Below are positions 26,753 to 35,437 of a stretch of 63,558 bases of DNA, piece after piece. This stretch comes from an uncultured Comamonadaceae bacterium (lineage in GTDB: Bacteria > Pseudomonadota > Alphaproteobacteria > Elsterales > Elsteraceae), in contig CAYRWZ010000003.1 in NCBI GenBank assembly GCA_964428065.1, positions 1,499 to 65,056 on the forward strand, given 5' to 3'. Both the position numbers and the translations under genes were made by a program. Below the pieces are notes generated by a model. It saw only the letters and a list, made by a program, of their open reading frames with translations. It was not told the DNA's origin and did no database searches. Position 1 is the first letter of the stretch. Each line of letters begins with the position of its first letter.

Positions 26753-27523
26753 TTAAAGTGTATCGATGCCGGTCTTCAGGCGAGTGAGCAAAACGGCCCC
26801 GGCTGCGCGAATACTGGCGGCATACTCTGCCCGCTGGGCCGCATCGACCGGGGCCGCCGGATCGGCCAGCAGGTCTGCAAAGCCCAGAATTGCGGTCAAT
26901 GGCGTGCGAAACTGGTGCGAGACCTGGGCGGCGAAGCGGATACGGGCGGCGTGAGCCGCGTCAAGCTGGTGGCGTGCTTCCTGAAGCTGTATGCGCAGGC
27001 GGGCGGCCTCCACCGCCGCCCGGTGCGACCGCAGCGCATCTTCCACCATGCGGGCCAGCAGGCGCAAATGGGCCAGCTGATCGGGACTGAAGCGCCGCGG
27101 CACCGTATCGATCACGCACAAGGTGCCAAGACGAAACCCATCCAGGATCAAGGGGGAACCGGCATAGGCGCGGATCGCCGGGGCCGACGTGACCAGCGGG
27201 TTGCTGCAGAAGCGGGCATCGACCGCCGCATCCTCAACCACGAAAACATCGTCGCCCAGAATGGCCCAGCCGCAAAATGCCTGATCACGGGGCGTCTGCC
27301 TTACGGTCAGGCCGCGGTGCGATTTGAACCATTGCCGGGTTTCGTCAATCAGGGACACCAGCGCAATCGGCGCCTGCAACAGATCCGCCGCCAGATCGGT
27401 AAACCGGTCGAACCGGGGATCGGGCGGAGTATCCAGAATGGAATGATCGCGCAGCACGGCCAGCCGATCAGCCTCGTCACGCGGCAACGGCGCGCCGGGC
27501 CGCGACCCCACGCCCCCCCACAC
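26753..27523 (-). CDS. GAF domain plus HisKA (DHp) protein lacking a catalytic ATPase domain
   Basis: EADRLAVLRDHSILDTPPDPRFDRFTDLAADLLQAPIALVSLID..YAGSPL (GAF), then the H-box FAAQVSHQFRTPLTAILGFADLL. The protein ends about 55 aa after the H-box with no N/G1/G2 boxes. GTG start. Confidence 0.8.
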   Translation of the reverse strand: MWGGVGSRPGAPLPRDEADRLAVLRDHSILDTPPDPRFDRFTDLAADLLQAPIALVSLIDETRQWFKSHRGLTVRQTPRDQAFCGWAILGDDVFVVEDAAVDARFCSNPLVTSAPAIRAYAGSPLILDGFRLGTLCVIDTVPRRFSPDQLAHLRLLARMVEDALRSHRAAVEAARLRIQLQEARHQLDAAHAARIRFAAQVSHQFRTPLTAILGFADLLADPAAPVDAAQRAEYAASIRAAGAVLLTRLKTGIDTL

Positions 27524-27892
27524 CAGAAGCGCTCACCCTAGGAGCGCCCACCACTTCGGAGCCGATCATCACGCCCCCTCTCTGCTTCTGGACGCCGGGG
27601 CAAAGACCACCAACGCTCCATACTAATCGGCGCACCGGCAAACTACAATGATAGGTTGCTTATGTTTTTAGAATAAATCCGTTTATGCGATATTTCCGAC
27701 TGCAAGGCGGCGCTACATATCGCCGCATCCGATTATCGCGCGAGATAACTCTCTACCCTCGATTCATGCATAGTGCCATTCCATCAAAAGCCCATTAATA
27801 TACTTTAAGAATATTGGAAATTTCTCTAAATACAATGGTATGGTTCTGATGTTGTCTCAGATCAATCGGCAACTCCCTGAAAAAGGAAATAG

Positions 27893-29581
27893 ATGATGAT
27901 TGCCAACTGGATACAACGCCTTTCCGCAAAAATGGCATTTATGCTTCTGATGTTTGCAATTTTATCTATCTCCTCTGGTGTCATGACCACACAATTGCTG
28001 GGGGATTTAGTAAAAAGCTCTGCAATCACCCGGCACACCTATGATGTTCTGGATACGGTTTCAGTGCTGCGCGAGGAAATGCTGAACGCCGAAACCGGCC
28101 TGCGCGGCTATCTGATCACCCGGCAGGACAGCGCCCTGAACCCTTTCCGCCAGGGGGAGACGCGCTATCGGGAAACACTGGATCGCGCCATTGCCTTGAC
28201 CGCCGACAACCCGGCGCAGCAGCAGCGCCTGCGCGAAGCGGGAGCGGTGGCAGAGGAGTGGTTCCGCAGTTTTGCAACCCCGGTCCTGACCCTTTCGGCC
28301 AACCCGGCCCAATTCAATCAGGCAATGGAAATTGCCGGATCCGGCAAAGGCAAGGCAATTTTCGATCGGTTCCGGACCGAGATAGCCGAAGTTGAACAGG
28401 TTGAGCGCAATCTGCTTGCCGCGCGCGCCGGGGAATATGCCACCATCAGTGACATGGCGCAAACGGTGGCATTGGCCGCTGCCGCCCTGTCGGTTATTGC
28501 AGCGATTCTGGCCGCTTGGTATGGCAACCGGGCGATCACCCGACCGGTTATCGCCATGACCGCCGCGATGCAGCGCCTCAGCCAGCGGGACTATAGCGCC
28601 GACATTCCCGGCGCCGCCCGCCGCGATGAAATGGGCGAAATGGCGCGCGCTGTCACAGTGTTCCGGGATTCGATGCAGGCGGCAGATCGGCTGGTTGCCG
28701 AACAGGAAGCCGCCCGCGCTGCCGAAGATGCCCGGCGCGCACGCCTGGAAACCCTGACCCGCAGCTTCCTGGGCGGGATCGATGGCATTGTTAGCGCGCT
28801 GGGCACCGCCTCGGTTCATGTGCGCGGCAACGCGCAAACGCTGGCCGGTACAGCGGAACAGACAACGGCGCAGGCTGCCGCTGTCGCAGCGGCAACCGAA
28901 CAGGCCACCAGCAATGTGCAGACGGTGGCGACAGCGGCAGAGGAACTGTCGGCCTCGATCCAGGAAATCGCCCGCCGCACCGAAGATGCAACCTCTGTCG
29001 CCCGCCGTGCGGTGGATGAGGCCGACGCCACCAACGAGATGGTGCAAGGCTTGCTGACCGCCGCCCAGCGGATTGGCGAGATTGTCGACCTGATCCAGAA
29101 CATCGCCAATCAGACCAACCTGCTGGCGCTGAACGCCACTATCGAAGCCGCGCGCGCCGGGGATGCGGGCAAAGGGTTCGCCGTGGTGGCAAGCGAGGTG
29201 AAATCCCTGGCCAACCAAACCGCCAAGGCGACCGACGATATCCAGACGCAAATTCAAACCGTGCAATCGGAAACCGAACGCGCGGTTGCGGCCATCAGCC
29301 GGATTTCCGGCACCATCCGCCATATCAGCGAAATGACCACATCGGTTGCGACCGCCGTGGAAGAACAGGGTGCCGCCACCCAGGAAATCGCCCGCAACGT
29401 CGCCCAGGCCGCCAATGGGACAGAGGAAGTGAACCGCAACATCGTCGGCGTTTCCGCCGCCGCCACCGAAACCGGCCGCGCCGCCACCGACATGCTCTCC
29501 GCCTCCGCCGACCTGGAACGCCAGGCCGACGCACTGAAGCGCCACGTCGATACCTACGTCAAAGACGCCAGCGCCGCTTAG
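27893..29581 (+). CDS. Methyl-accepting chemotaxis protein (CHASE3-like sensor, HAMP, MCP signalling domain)
   Basis: [15 protein letters not shown] (CHASE3-like), TM, HAMP, and the highly conserved hairpin [48 protein letters not shown]. Confidence 0.9.
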   Translation: MMIANWIQRLSAKMAFMLLMFAILSISSGVMTTQLLGDLVKSSAITRHTYDVLDTVSVLREEMLNAETGLRGYLITRQDSALNPFRQGETRYRETLDRAIALTADNPAQQQRLREAGAVAEEWFRSFATPVLTLSANPAQFNQAMEIAGSGKGKAIFDRFRTEIAEVEQVERNLLAARAGEYATISDMAQTVALAAAALSVIAAILAAWYGNRAITRPVIAMTAAMQRLSQRDYSADIPGAARRDEMGEMARAVTVFRDSMQAADRLVAEQEAARAAEDARRARLETLTRSFLGGIDGIVSALGTASVHVRGNAQTLAGTAEQTTAQAAAVAAATEQATSNVQTVATAAEELSASIQEIARRTEDATSVARRAVDEADATNEMVQGLLTAAQRIGEIVDLIQNIANQTNLLALNATIEAARAGDAGKGFAVVASEVKSLANQTAKATDDIQTQIQTVQSETERAVAAISRISGTIRHISEMTTSVATAVEEQGAATQEIARNVAQAANGTEEVNRNIVGVSAAATETGRAATDMLSASADLERQADALKRHVDTYVKDASAA

Positions 29582-29628
29582 GCGCTGGCTTCCTCTCTTT
29601 AAAAGTGTAAAAGCCCCTGCCCCTAATA

Positions 29629-30436
29629 GGCCTGGGATCCATAAAAGGCTTCCGTTTGTGGTGGCACTCTGATTCAAGGCCCCCGAAGGGAGACCGATGA
29701 TGGATCAGGTTTATTTCTGGCTGAGTGATGCGCAATCCTTGCGACTTGAGCCCCTGTTGCCGGCGGATACACGGGGTAAGCCGCGGGTGGATGACCGGCA
29801 GGTGATCAGTGGGATCATCCACATGCCGATCTCGGGCTGCCGGTGGAAGGATGCTCCTGTCATCTATGGGCCGCGCAAGACCCTTTACAACCAGTTCCAG
29901 CGTTGGGCGCCAAGGGTGTATGGGCTGAGCATTGGTCGGCGCAGCCCCCTGCCGAACTTCTGATCGATAGTTCGGCCGTGTGGGCGCACCGCTGCGCCTC
30001 GAGCGGAAAAGGGGCGCGCACAACCAGGGGCTCGACGAATCTCGTGGCGGGCGGACGACGAAAATCCACGCACTGACCGACACCGCCTGCCGCCCAGTCG
30101 TCTTACTGCTGACCGGTAGACAGGTCAGCCGACTGCACCGCTGCTGACAAGCTGCTGCACCATCTGACGACCGCCGATCTGGTGAATGGCGACGAAGGCT
30201 ATGACAGCAATGCCGTTCACCTTCGGCGGGGCCAAGGGCCCCGCCGAAGGTGAACCGCCGCTGGAAAAACTGCTTCTCGCCATACCTTTACTGCAGTCGT
30301 AATGCCATTGAGCACATGTTCAAGCGGCTTAAGGACCTCCAGCGCATCGCCACCAGGTACGACCGCCTGGCAGTCAACTTCCTCGCCGCCGTTCAGATCG
30401 CCGCTATCGTCAGTTACTGGTTATGAGTCTCAGCCC
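29629..30436 (+). mobile_element. Decayed IS5-family (IS427-group-like) insertion sequence, about 808 bp
   Basis: Imperfect terminal inverted repeats: GGCCTGGGATCCATAA (29629-44) versus the reverse complement of 30421-36, GGGCTGAGACTCATAA (12/16 identical). Internal transposase remnants are listed in the pseudogene entry. Confidence 0.72.
29697..30425 (+). pseudogene. IS5/IS427-type DDE transposase, multiply frameshifted
   Basis: Conserved blocks occur in different frames: FWLSDAQSLRLEPLLP..GKPRVDDRQVISGII..RWKDAP..GPRKTLYNQFQRW (coordinate mod 3 = 0), LIDSSAVWAHRCAS (mod 2), GAHNQGL..SRGGRTTKIHALTD (mod 1), DCTAADKLL..GDEGYDSNAV (mod 2), PPKVNRRWKN..SRNAIEHMFKRLKDLQRIATRYDRLAVNFLAAVQIAAIVSYWL* (mod 0). 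Confidence 0.8.
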
Positions 30437-30485
30437 AGTAAATTTATGATCCCGACATTCTTTGTTGGGAAAAGAGGCTGAAAGC

Positions 30486-30716
30486 TCAAGCGGTGCCACC
30501 CTCGTAATGGATGACCTTTCCTCTTGGAGTTGGAGCTATATTGACAGCAGCTTCCTCTGCCAAGTTATGCATGTGATCAAGTGTAATTTGGGCGATTAGA
30601 TTGAAGAAACCTTTCGGTCCACCACATAATTTCACACGGCGATTAAATGCAGCACATCCATAGAGAGTTCGGCCATCTGGCATCTTGAGCGATTTGAAAA
30701 AGGGGTCGTAATTCAT
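30486..30716 (-). CDS. Hypothetical 76-aa protein, AT-rich, second gene of a coupled pair
   Basis: ATG 30716 lies 9 nt after the upstream stop, with an AGGA overlapping that stop. No recognisable motif (MNYDPFFKSLKMPDGRTLYGCAAFNRRVKLCGGPKGFF..). Confidence 0.45.
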   Translation of the reverse strand: MNYDPFFKSLKMPDGRTLYGCAAFNRRVKLCGGPKGFFNLIAQITLDHMHNLAEEAAVNIAPTPRGKVIHYEGGTA

Positions 30717-30725
30717 ATTCCGATC

Positions 30726-30989
30726 CTATCGCGAGTGCTTAATCTGAGAGACTCGTCCTTCCGAGATGTTATATTTTGCGGCAACTTCTCGACCAGACAA
30801 ACCAGCTTCCAGATCTGACTTGATTGATTGGTTCCGTAACTCTTGAACTTTTTCCTCAAGAGCTGCGATATCCCGGCCCTGGCTAGCAATAATTTTCTGA
30901 TGTCGGTCGACTTGCGATTGCATGGCTTCCTGCGCCTTGGCAAGCGAAGCGATTGCTGCCGCGATGTGCTTAGTGGTCGATCTAGTCAT
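30726..30989 (-). CDS. Hypothetical 87-aa protein: N-terminal coiled coil plus C-terminal helix-turn-helix
   Basis: Strong SD (AAGGGGG) before ATG 30989. Heptad-like region AQEAMQSQVDRHQKIIASQGRDIAALEEKVQELRNQ, then the HTH GLSGREVAAKYNISEGRVSQIK. Confidence 0.58.
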   Translation of the reverse strand: MTRSTTKHIAAAIASLAKAQEAMQSQVDRHQKIIASQGRDIAALEEKVQELRNQSIKSDLEAGLSGREVAAKYNISEGRVSQIKHSR

Positions 30990-31107
30990 TTTACCCCCTT
31001 GTAAACATTTGAGTTTTTGGCATAAGGGCTTAACTAGCCCTAAACACTAGATTAAGTTATCTGACCTTCCAGAAGGGTTGTCAAGTGTATTGTATGGTCC
31101 GCTTGCA

Positions 31108-31126
31108 GGGGGGGGGGGGGGGGGGG
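31108..31126. repeat. Homopolymeric G19 (C19 on the minus strand) tract
   Basis: Counted directly: GGG at 31108-10, 10 G at 31111-20 and 6 G at 31121-26. It lies about 120 nt upstream (minus-strand sense) of the 87-aa gene start and 24 nt upstream of a TTGACA hexamer (minus, 31084-31079). Confidence 0.95.
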
Positions 31127-31535
31127 AATAACAAGCCACAAATTTTCTTCTTGCGCCGCGCAGTGATTCAACGATTCCCTTCAGCCAAGGAATTTGCTGA
31201 TATCTCCATGATGGTAGAGTTGACGGATCACGAATGATCAAGTCGTTGCTTACGACAAGCCAGATGGATGTTTTTCTGCGGTCGAGGTTCCGGAGTGCTA
31301 CAGGGGTCGCTATTCCACTGAAAGCAGCATGGGCACCGCCGAAACATCCACCGCGCGCGCTGCATGCCACGCATCACAGACCCCCTGCATCACGATCCAG
31401 AACAGCGAGGCCGATACGCCGCCGATCGCTTCGATCGAGGCGCTGTTGCAGGTGCTCAAGTCTAGCAAATAGGTTGGGGAAGCCAATGGGCGCTGTCATC
31501 ACAGCGATAGCGCCACATTCCATCGCATCAACCCA

Positions 31536-31567
31536 GAAAAACCAAAAACTCGGCCGCAGGGGCCGGG
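31536..31567 (-). terminator. Probable terminator of tRNA-Lys
   Basis: Minus strand: CGGCC-CCTGC-GGCCG hairpin followed by AGTTTTTGGTTTTT, starting about 14 nt after the tRNA 3-prime end. The stem is short (5 bp). Confidence 0.45.
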
Positions 31568-31579
31568 CTTTTGGGGAAA

Positions 31580-31655
<76 letters not shown>

Positions 31656-31761
31656 GCAGGGTCGAGGCCCGGTGTATAAAGAAGCGCGGGCGGTTTGTGA
31701 AGGGGAAAAATGCAGGGCGCGGGCGATTCTCGCCCGCCCAAACGCCCACCTGATCGCCCGC

Positions 31762-32976
31762 CTACTCGTCCGACAGGCTGGTGCGGCCCATGCGTTGGTC
31801 GCGGTGGATCCAGACGCTCATCAGGATGCCGAAGGCCAGCATGGTGACCAGCATCGACGATCCGCCATAGGACACCATGGGCAGCGGCACGCCCTTGGCC
31901 GGAATCAACCCCATCACCATGGCGCAGTTGATGAATACCGACAGGAACAGGTTGGTGCCGATGCCGATGGCGACCAGCCGCCCGAACTGGCTGGCCGAAG
32001 CAAAGCCGATCACGAAGGCATAGAGGATGACCAGCAGATACAGGCCCAGCAACAGCAGGGCGCCAACCATGCCGAATTCTTCCGCCAGCATGGTGAAAAT
32101 GAAGTCGGTCTGCATTTCGGGCAGGAAATCCAGATGGCTTTGCGTGCCCAGCATATAGCCCTTGCCCAGCACGCCGCCCGATCCCAGCGCGATCTTGGAC
32201 TGGATGATGTGGTACCCGGCCCCCAGCGGGTCGCGCGTCGGGTCCAGGAAGGTCAGGATGCGTTCCTTCTGATAGTCGCGCAGCAGCGACCAGGCGACCG
32301 GGGCCGCCGCCGCTGCCGCCAGCCCGGCCAGGGCGAATTTCCACCAGCGCATCCCCGCCAGCCACAAGATCGCCGCGCCGACCATGATCAGCATCAGCGC
32401 CGATCCCAGATCGGGCTGCTTGGCCACCAGGGCCACCGGCGCCGCGATCAGGACGAACCCGGGCAACAGCAGCAGCGGATTGCCCATCCGTTCCAGCTGG
32501 ACGCCGTGGAAATAGCGGGCCAGCACCAGGATCAGCGCCACCTTCATCAATTCCGACGGCTGGAGCTGGATCACCTTCAGGTCCAGCCAGCGCTGCGCGC
32601 CCATGCCGACCTTGCCCTGAACCTCCACCACCACCAGCATGATCAGCACCAGCCCATAGAAGGCATAGGCCCAGCGCATCATCACGCGGATATCGATCAG
32701 GGCGACGGTGAGCATCAGCACCAGGCCGACGCCGAAGCGCACCATCTGGCGCAGCGCCCATGGCTCCAGATTGCCGCCCGCCGCAGAATAGAGCATCAGG
32801 AACCCGGCGCCGGCCAGCAGGGTCAACAGGAATACCAGGCCCCAGTTGATCTGCCACAGCTTTTGCCCCAGCGACATGTCGCGCCGCCCGGATCCTAAGC
32901 CCCCGGAACCCAGCCCTGCGGAACCCAGGCCGCCTGACCTCAAACCACCCGTTGCGCCAAGGCCGAGACCGCTCAT
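31762..32976 (-). CDS. rodA: Rod shape-determining protein RodA (SEDS family)
   Basis: WQINWGLVFLLTLLAGAGFLMLYSAAGG..DLGSALMLIM..QSKIALGSGGVLGKGY..LPEMQTDFIF..KGVPLPMVSYGGSSML. ATG 32976 overlaps the PBP2 stop (ATGA). The alternative ATG 32877 would remove a Gly-rich N-terminal extension. Confidence 0.9.
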   Translation of the reverse strand: MSGLGLGATGGLRSGGLGSAGLGSGGLGSGRRDMSLGQKLWQINWGLVFLLTLLAGAGFLMLYSAAGGNLEPWALRQMVRFGVGLVLMLTVALIDIRVMMRWAYAFYGLVLIMLVVVEVQGKVGMGAQRWLDLKVIQLQPSELMKVALILVLARYFHGVQLERMGNPLLLLPGFVLIAAPVALVAKQPDLGSALMLIMVGAAILWLAGMRWWKFALAGLAAAAAAPVAWSLLRDYQKERILTFLDPTRDPLGAGYHIIQSKIALGSGGVLGKGYMLGTQSHLDFLPEMQTDFIFTMLAEEFGMVGALLLLGLYLLVILYAFVIGFASASQFGRLVAIGIGTNLFLSVFINCAMVMGLIPAKGVPLPMVSYGGSSMLVTMLAFGILMSVWIHRDQRMGRTSLSDE

Positions 32977-34904
32977 CCGCCTATCCCCCCGGTGTTGGGC
33001 CGCGTGGGTGCTGCCGTACCGTCGGCCACCGTGTTGGCACGGTCCAGCGCCTGCATGCGCTTTTGCGTTTCCAGCAGAATGTCGCGCGCTATGGGGGCCG
33101 CCACCGCGCTACCGCCGCCGCCATGTTCCACCACCACCGAACAGGCGAAGCGCGGCGCATGGGCCGGGGCATAGCCGACGAACAGCGCATGATCGCGCTG
33201 TTTCCAGGGCAGATCCTCGTTCTTGCGCACGCCCTTTTCGCGTTCGGCCATGGTGATGATGCGCACCTGGGCGGTGCCGGTCTTGCCCGCCATTTCGAAC
33301 CCGGGTTCGGTAATGCGGGAACGGAAGGCCGTGCCGCGATCCATGTTGGTCACCGCCGCCATGCCGCGCAGCACCGCCGCCAGATGCTCCTGCTTGATGC
33401 CGAGCGACGGATAGGGCGGGTGCAGCCGGTCATTCGGCACCTTGCCGCCAATCCGGCGCGTCAGATGCGGGATGACGCCGAACCCGCCATTGGCCAGACG
33501 CGCGGTCATGGTCGCCAGCTGCATCGGTGTCGCCAGAATCATTCCCTGGCCGATTCCGGCATTCAGGGTTTCCCCCTGCGGCCAGCCGTGGCCCCGGCGG
33601 CGCTGATACCAGGCGCGGGTTGGGATCAGCCCCGGCTTTTCGCCCGGCAGATCGACGCCCAGCACCTCTCCCAGGCCCAGGCGGCGGGACATGTCGGCGA
33701 TCCGGTCGATCCCGGTGCGGCGGGCCACTTCATAGAAATAGACATCGCAGGATAACGCCAATGCATCGGTCAGGGAGACACCGCCATGCCCGCCCTTGTA
33801 TTTCCAGCAATGGAACAACCGCCCGCCGAATTCCATATGGCCGGGGCAGCTGACCACCGTGGCGGGGGTAATTGCCCCCGCTTCCAGCGCGGCCAGGGCG
33901 GTGACCATCTTGAAGGTCGATCCGGGCGAATATTGCCCGGCCAGGGCCTTGTTGGTCAGCGGGGTCTTGGGGTTGGACAGCAGGTCCTCCCAGTCGCGCG
34001 CCGACAGGCCGACGGAAAACAGGTTCGGATCGAAGGCCGGGGCCGACACCATGGCCAACACATCGCCAGTGTGGATATCCATCACCACCGCGCCGGTGCT
34101 TTCCTCCCCCACCCGGGCGCGGGCGTAATCCTGCAGGGCGATATCGATGGTCAGTTCGACATCGCGACCGGGCTGGCCTTCCTGGCGGTTCAGCTCGCGG
34201 ATCACCCGGCCGACGGCGTTGACCTCCACCTGGGATGACCCGGCAGAACCGCGCAAGGCCAGATCGTGGATCCGTTCGATCCCGTTCTTGCCGATGCGGA
34301 AATCGGGCAGTTCCATCAGCGGATCGGCGCTGTCCTTTTGTTCGGCCTCCGACACGGCGCCGACATAGCCCAGGATATGGGCCACGGCCTCGGTATGCGG
34401 ATAGAAGCGGCTTTGGCCGACATCGATGGAAATGCCGGGCAGATCGGGCGAATGCACTTCCACCCGCGCCACCTCATCCCAGCTCAGATCCTCCCGCACC
34501 ATGACCGGAACGAAGGCGCGCTTGCGCCGGACCTCGCGCAGCACGCGGCGGCGGTCGGCCTCGGTAACATCGATCAGCTCACCCAGCTTGGTCAGGGTGC
34601 CGTCCACATCGCGCGCCTGTTCGCGCACCAGCACCACGCGATAATTCAGCCGATTGGTCGCCAGGGTTTCGCCGGTGCGGTCCAGAATCCGGCCCCGGGG
34701 CGGGATCAGCAGGCGCAGGTTGATCCGGTTATCCTCGGCCAGGGTGGTATATTTGTCGGACTCGATGATCTGCAGATAGTAGAGCCGGGCAGCCAGCACC
34801 GAAAACAGGATCGCCTGCCCGCCCCCCAGGATCAGCGTCCGCCGGGTGAACAGGCGGTCGCGGTCCTGATCGCGGCGGATGCGGCTGGTGCGCAGGCCCG
34901 TCAT
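32973..34904 (-). CDS. mrdA: Penicillin-binding protein 2 (elongasome transpeptidase)
   Basis: PPRGRILDRTGETLATN..PGSTFKMVTALAALE (SxxK)..SCD..KTGTAQV (KTG). ATG 34904 overlaps the mreD stop. The track ORF extends to 35054. Confidence 0.9.
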   Translation of the reverse strand: MTGLRTSRIRRDQDRDRLFTRRTLILGGGQAILFSVLAARLYYLQIIESDKYTTLAEDNRINLRLLIPPRGRILDRTGETLATNRLNYRVVLVREQARDVDGTLTKLGELIDVTEADRRRVLREVRRKRAFVPVMVREDLSWDEVARVEVHSPDLPGISIDVGQSRFYPHTEAVAHILGYVGAVSEAEQKDSADPLMELPDFRIGKNGIERIHDLALRGSAGSSQVEVNAVGRVIRELNRQEGQPGRDVELTIDIALQDYARARVGEESTGAVVMDIHTGDVLAMVSAPAFDPNLFSVGLSARDWEDLLSNPKTPLTNKALAGQYSPGSTFKMVTALAALEAGAITPATVVSCPGHMEFGGRLFHCWKYKGGHGGVSLTDALALSCDVYFYEVARRTGIDRIADMSRRLGLGEVLGVDLPGEKPGLIPTRAWYQRRRGHGWPQGETLNAGIGQGMILATPMQLATMTARLANGGFGVIPHLTRRIGGKVPNDRLHPPYPSLGIKQEHLAAVLRGMAAVTNMDRGTAFRSRITEPGFEMAGKTGTAQVRIITMAEREKGVRKNEDLPWKQRDHALFVGYAPAHAPRFACSVVVEHGGGGSAVAAPIARDILLETQKRMQALDRANTVADGTAAPTRPNTGGIGG

Positions 34905-35428
34905 CCCGCCCCACCGTCTTGCGGCAGCAGGCTGCGATGGGTGCGAACGAAGAACCATACCAGCAGCGGAAACAGGGCCACGCTGGTCAGCAGCCGCAAG
35001 GCCGGCTCCTCCAGGGTCAGCAGGTGCCCGAAGGCGATCGAATGGGCCAGCCACCCGGCCAGCAGCACCAGCGCCGCCGTGACCATGAAGCCGATCCAGG
35101 CGAGGCCGAACGGCTTACCCAGAAAGGCACGCCGATTGTTCAGCACCAGCTTGTGCACGATCAGCAGCAAAAAGGCGGTCAGCCCAACCAAGGTGCCATC
35201 CAGCAGATCCTGCACCAGACCGATGGAGAAAACCGCCCAGGCGGGCAGCAGGTCGGGCCGATAGATCGTCCAATAGAACACGGCCATCAGGGTCAGGAAC
35301 GGCACCACCGAGGTATCGCCCGACATGGACAGCGGAACCGTGGTCATCAGGCCCAGCAGCAGGGTCAGCAAACCGGGGGTCAACCGCGCCAGGGCTTTCA
35401 GCCAGCGGCCAAGGGCTTCAACGATCAT
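34901..35428 (-). CDS. mreD: Rod shape-determining protein MreD
   Basis: 175-aa polytopic membrane protein located between mreC and mrdA. Confidence 0.82.
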   Translation of the reverse strand: MIVEALGRWLKALARLTPGLLTLLLGLMTTVPLSMSGDTSVVPFLTLMAVFYWTIYRPDLLPAWAVFSIGLVQDLLDGTLVGLTAFLLLIVHKLVLNNRRAFLGKPFGLAWIGFMVTAALVLLAGWLAHSIAFGHLLTLEEPALRLLTSVALFPLLVWFFVRTHRSLLPQDGGAG

Positions 35429-35437
35429 GGCGCGGCC

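Noticed and set aside
29655-29675. TGGTGGCAC resembling the tRNA-Lys 3-prime end (TGGTGGGTGCAC), as a possible att repeat
   Set aside because: Only about 9 nt of interrupted similarity, and it lies inside the IS element. That is too short to call an attachment-site repeat by eye.
30190-30232. 19-bp-arm perfect palindrome (GTTCACCTTCGGCGGGGCC-AAG-GGCCCCGCCGAAGGTGAAC) inside the IS remnant, as a possible inserted element or breakpoint
   Set aside because: Both arms translate into expected conserved transposase residues (..SNAVHLRRGQG / PPKVNRRW..), apart from a 1-nt frameshift. It is therefore native coding sequence that happens to be self-complementary.
31047-31370. 107-aa ORF spanning the G19 tract (which would encode PPPPPP)
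   Set aside because: No SD, no motif, and a mixed-composition sequence. The ORF is probably fortuitous, so the tract is treated as a non-coding repeat.
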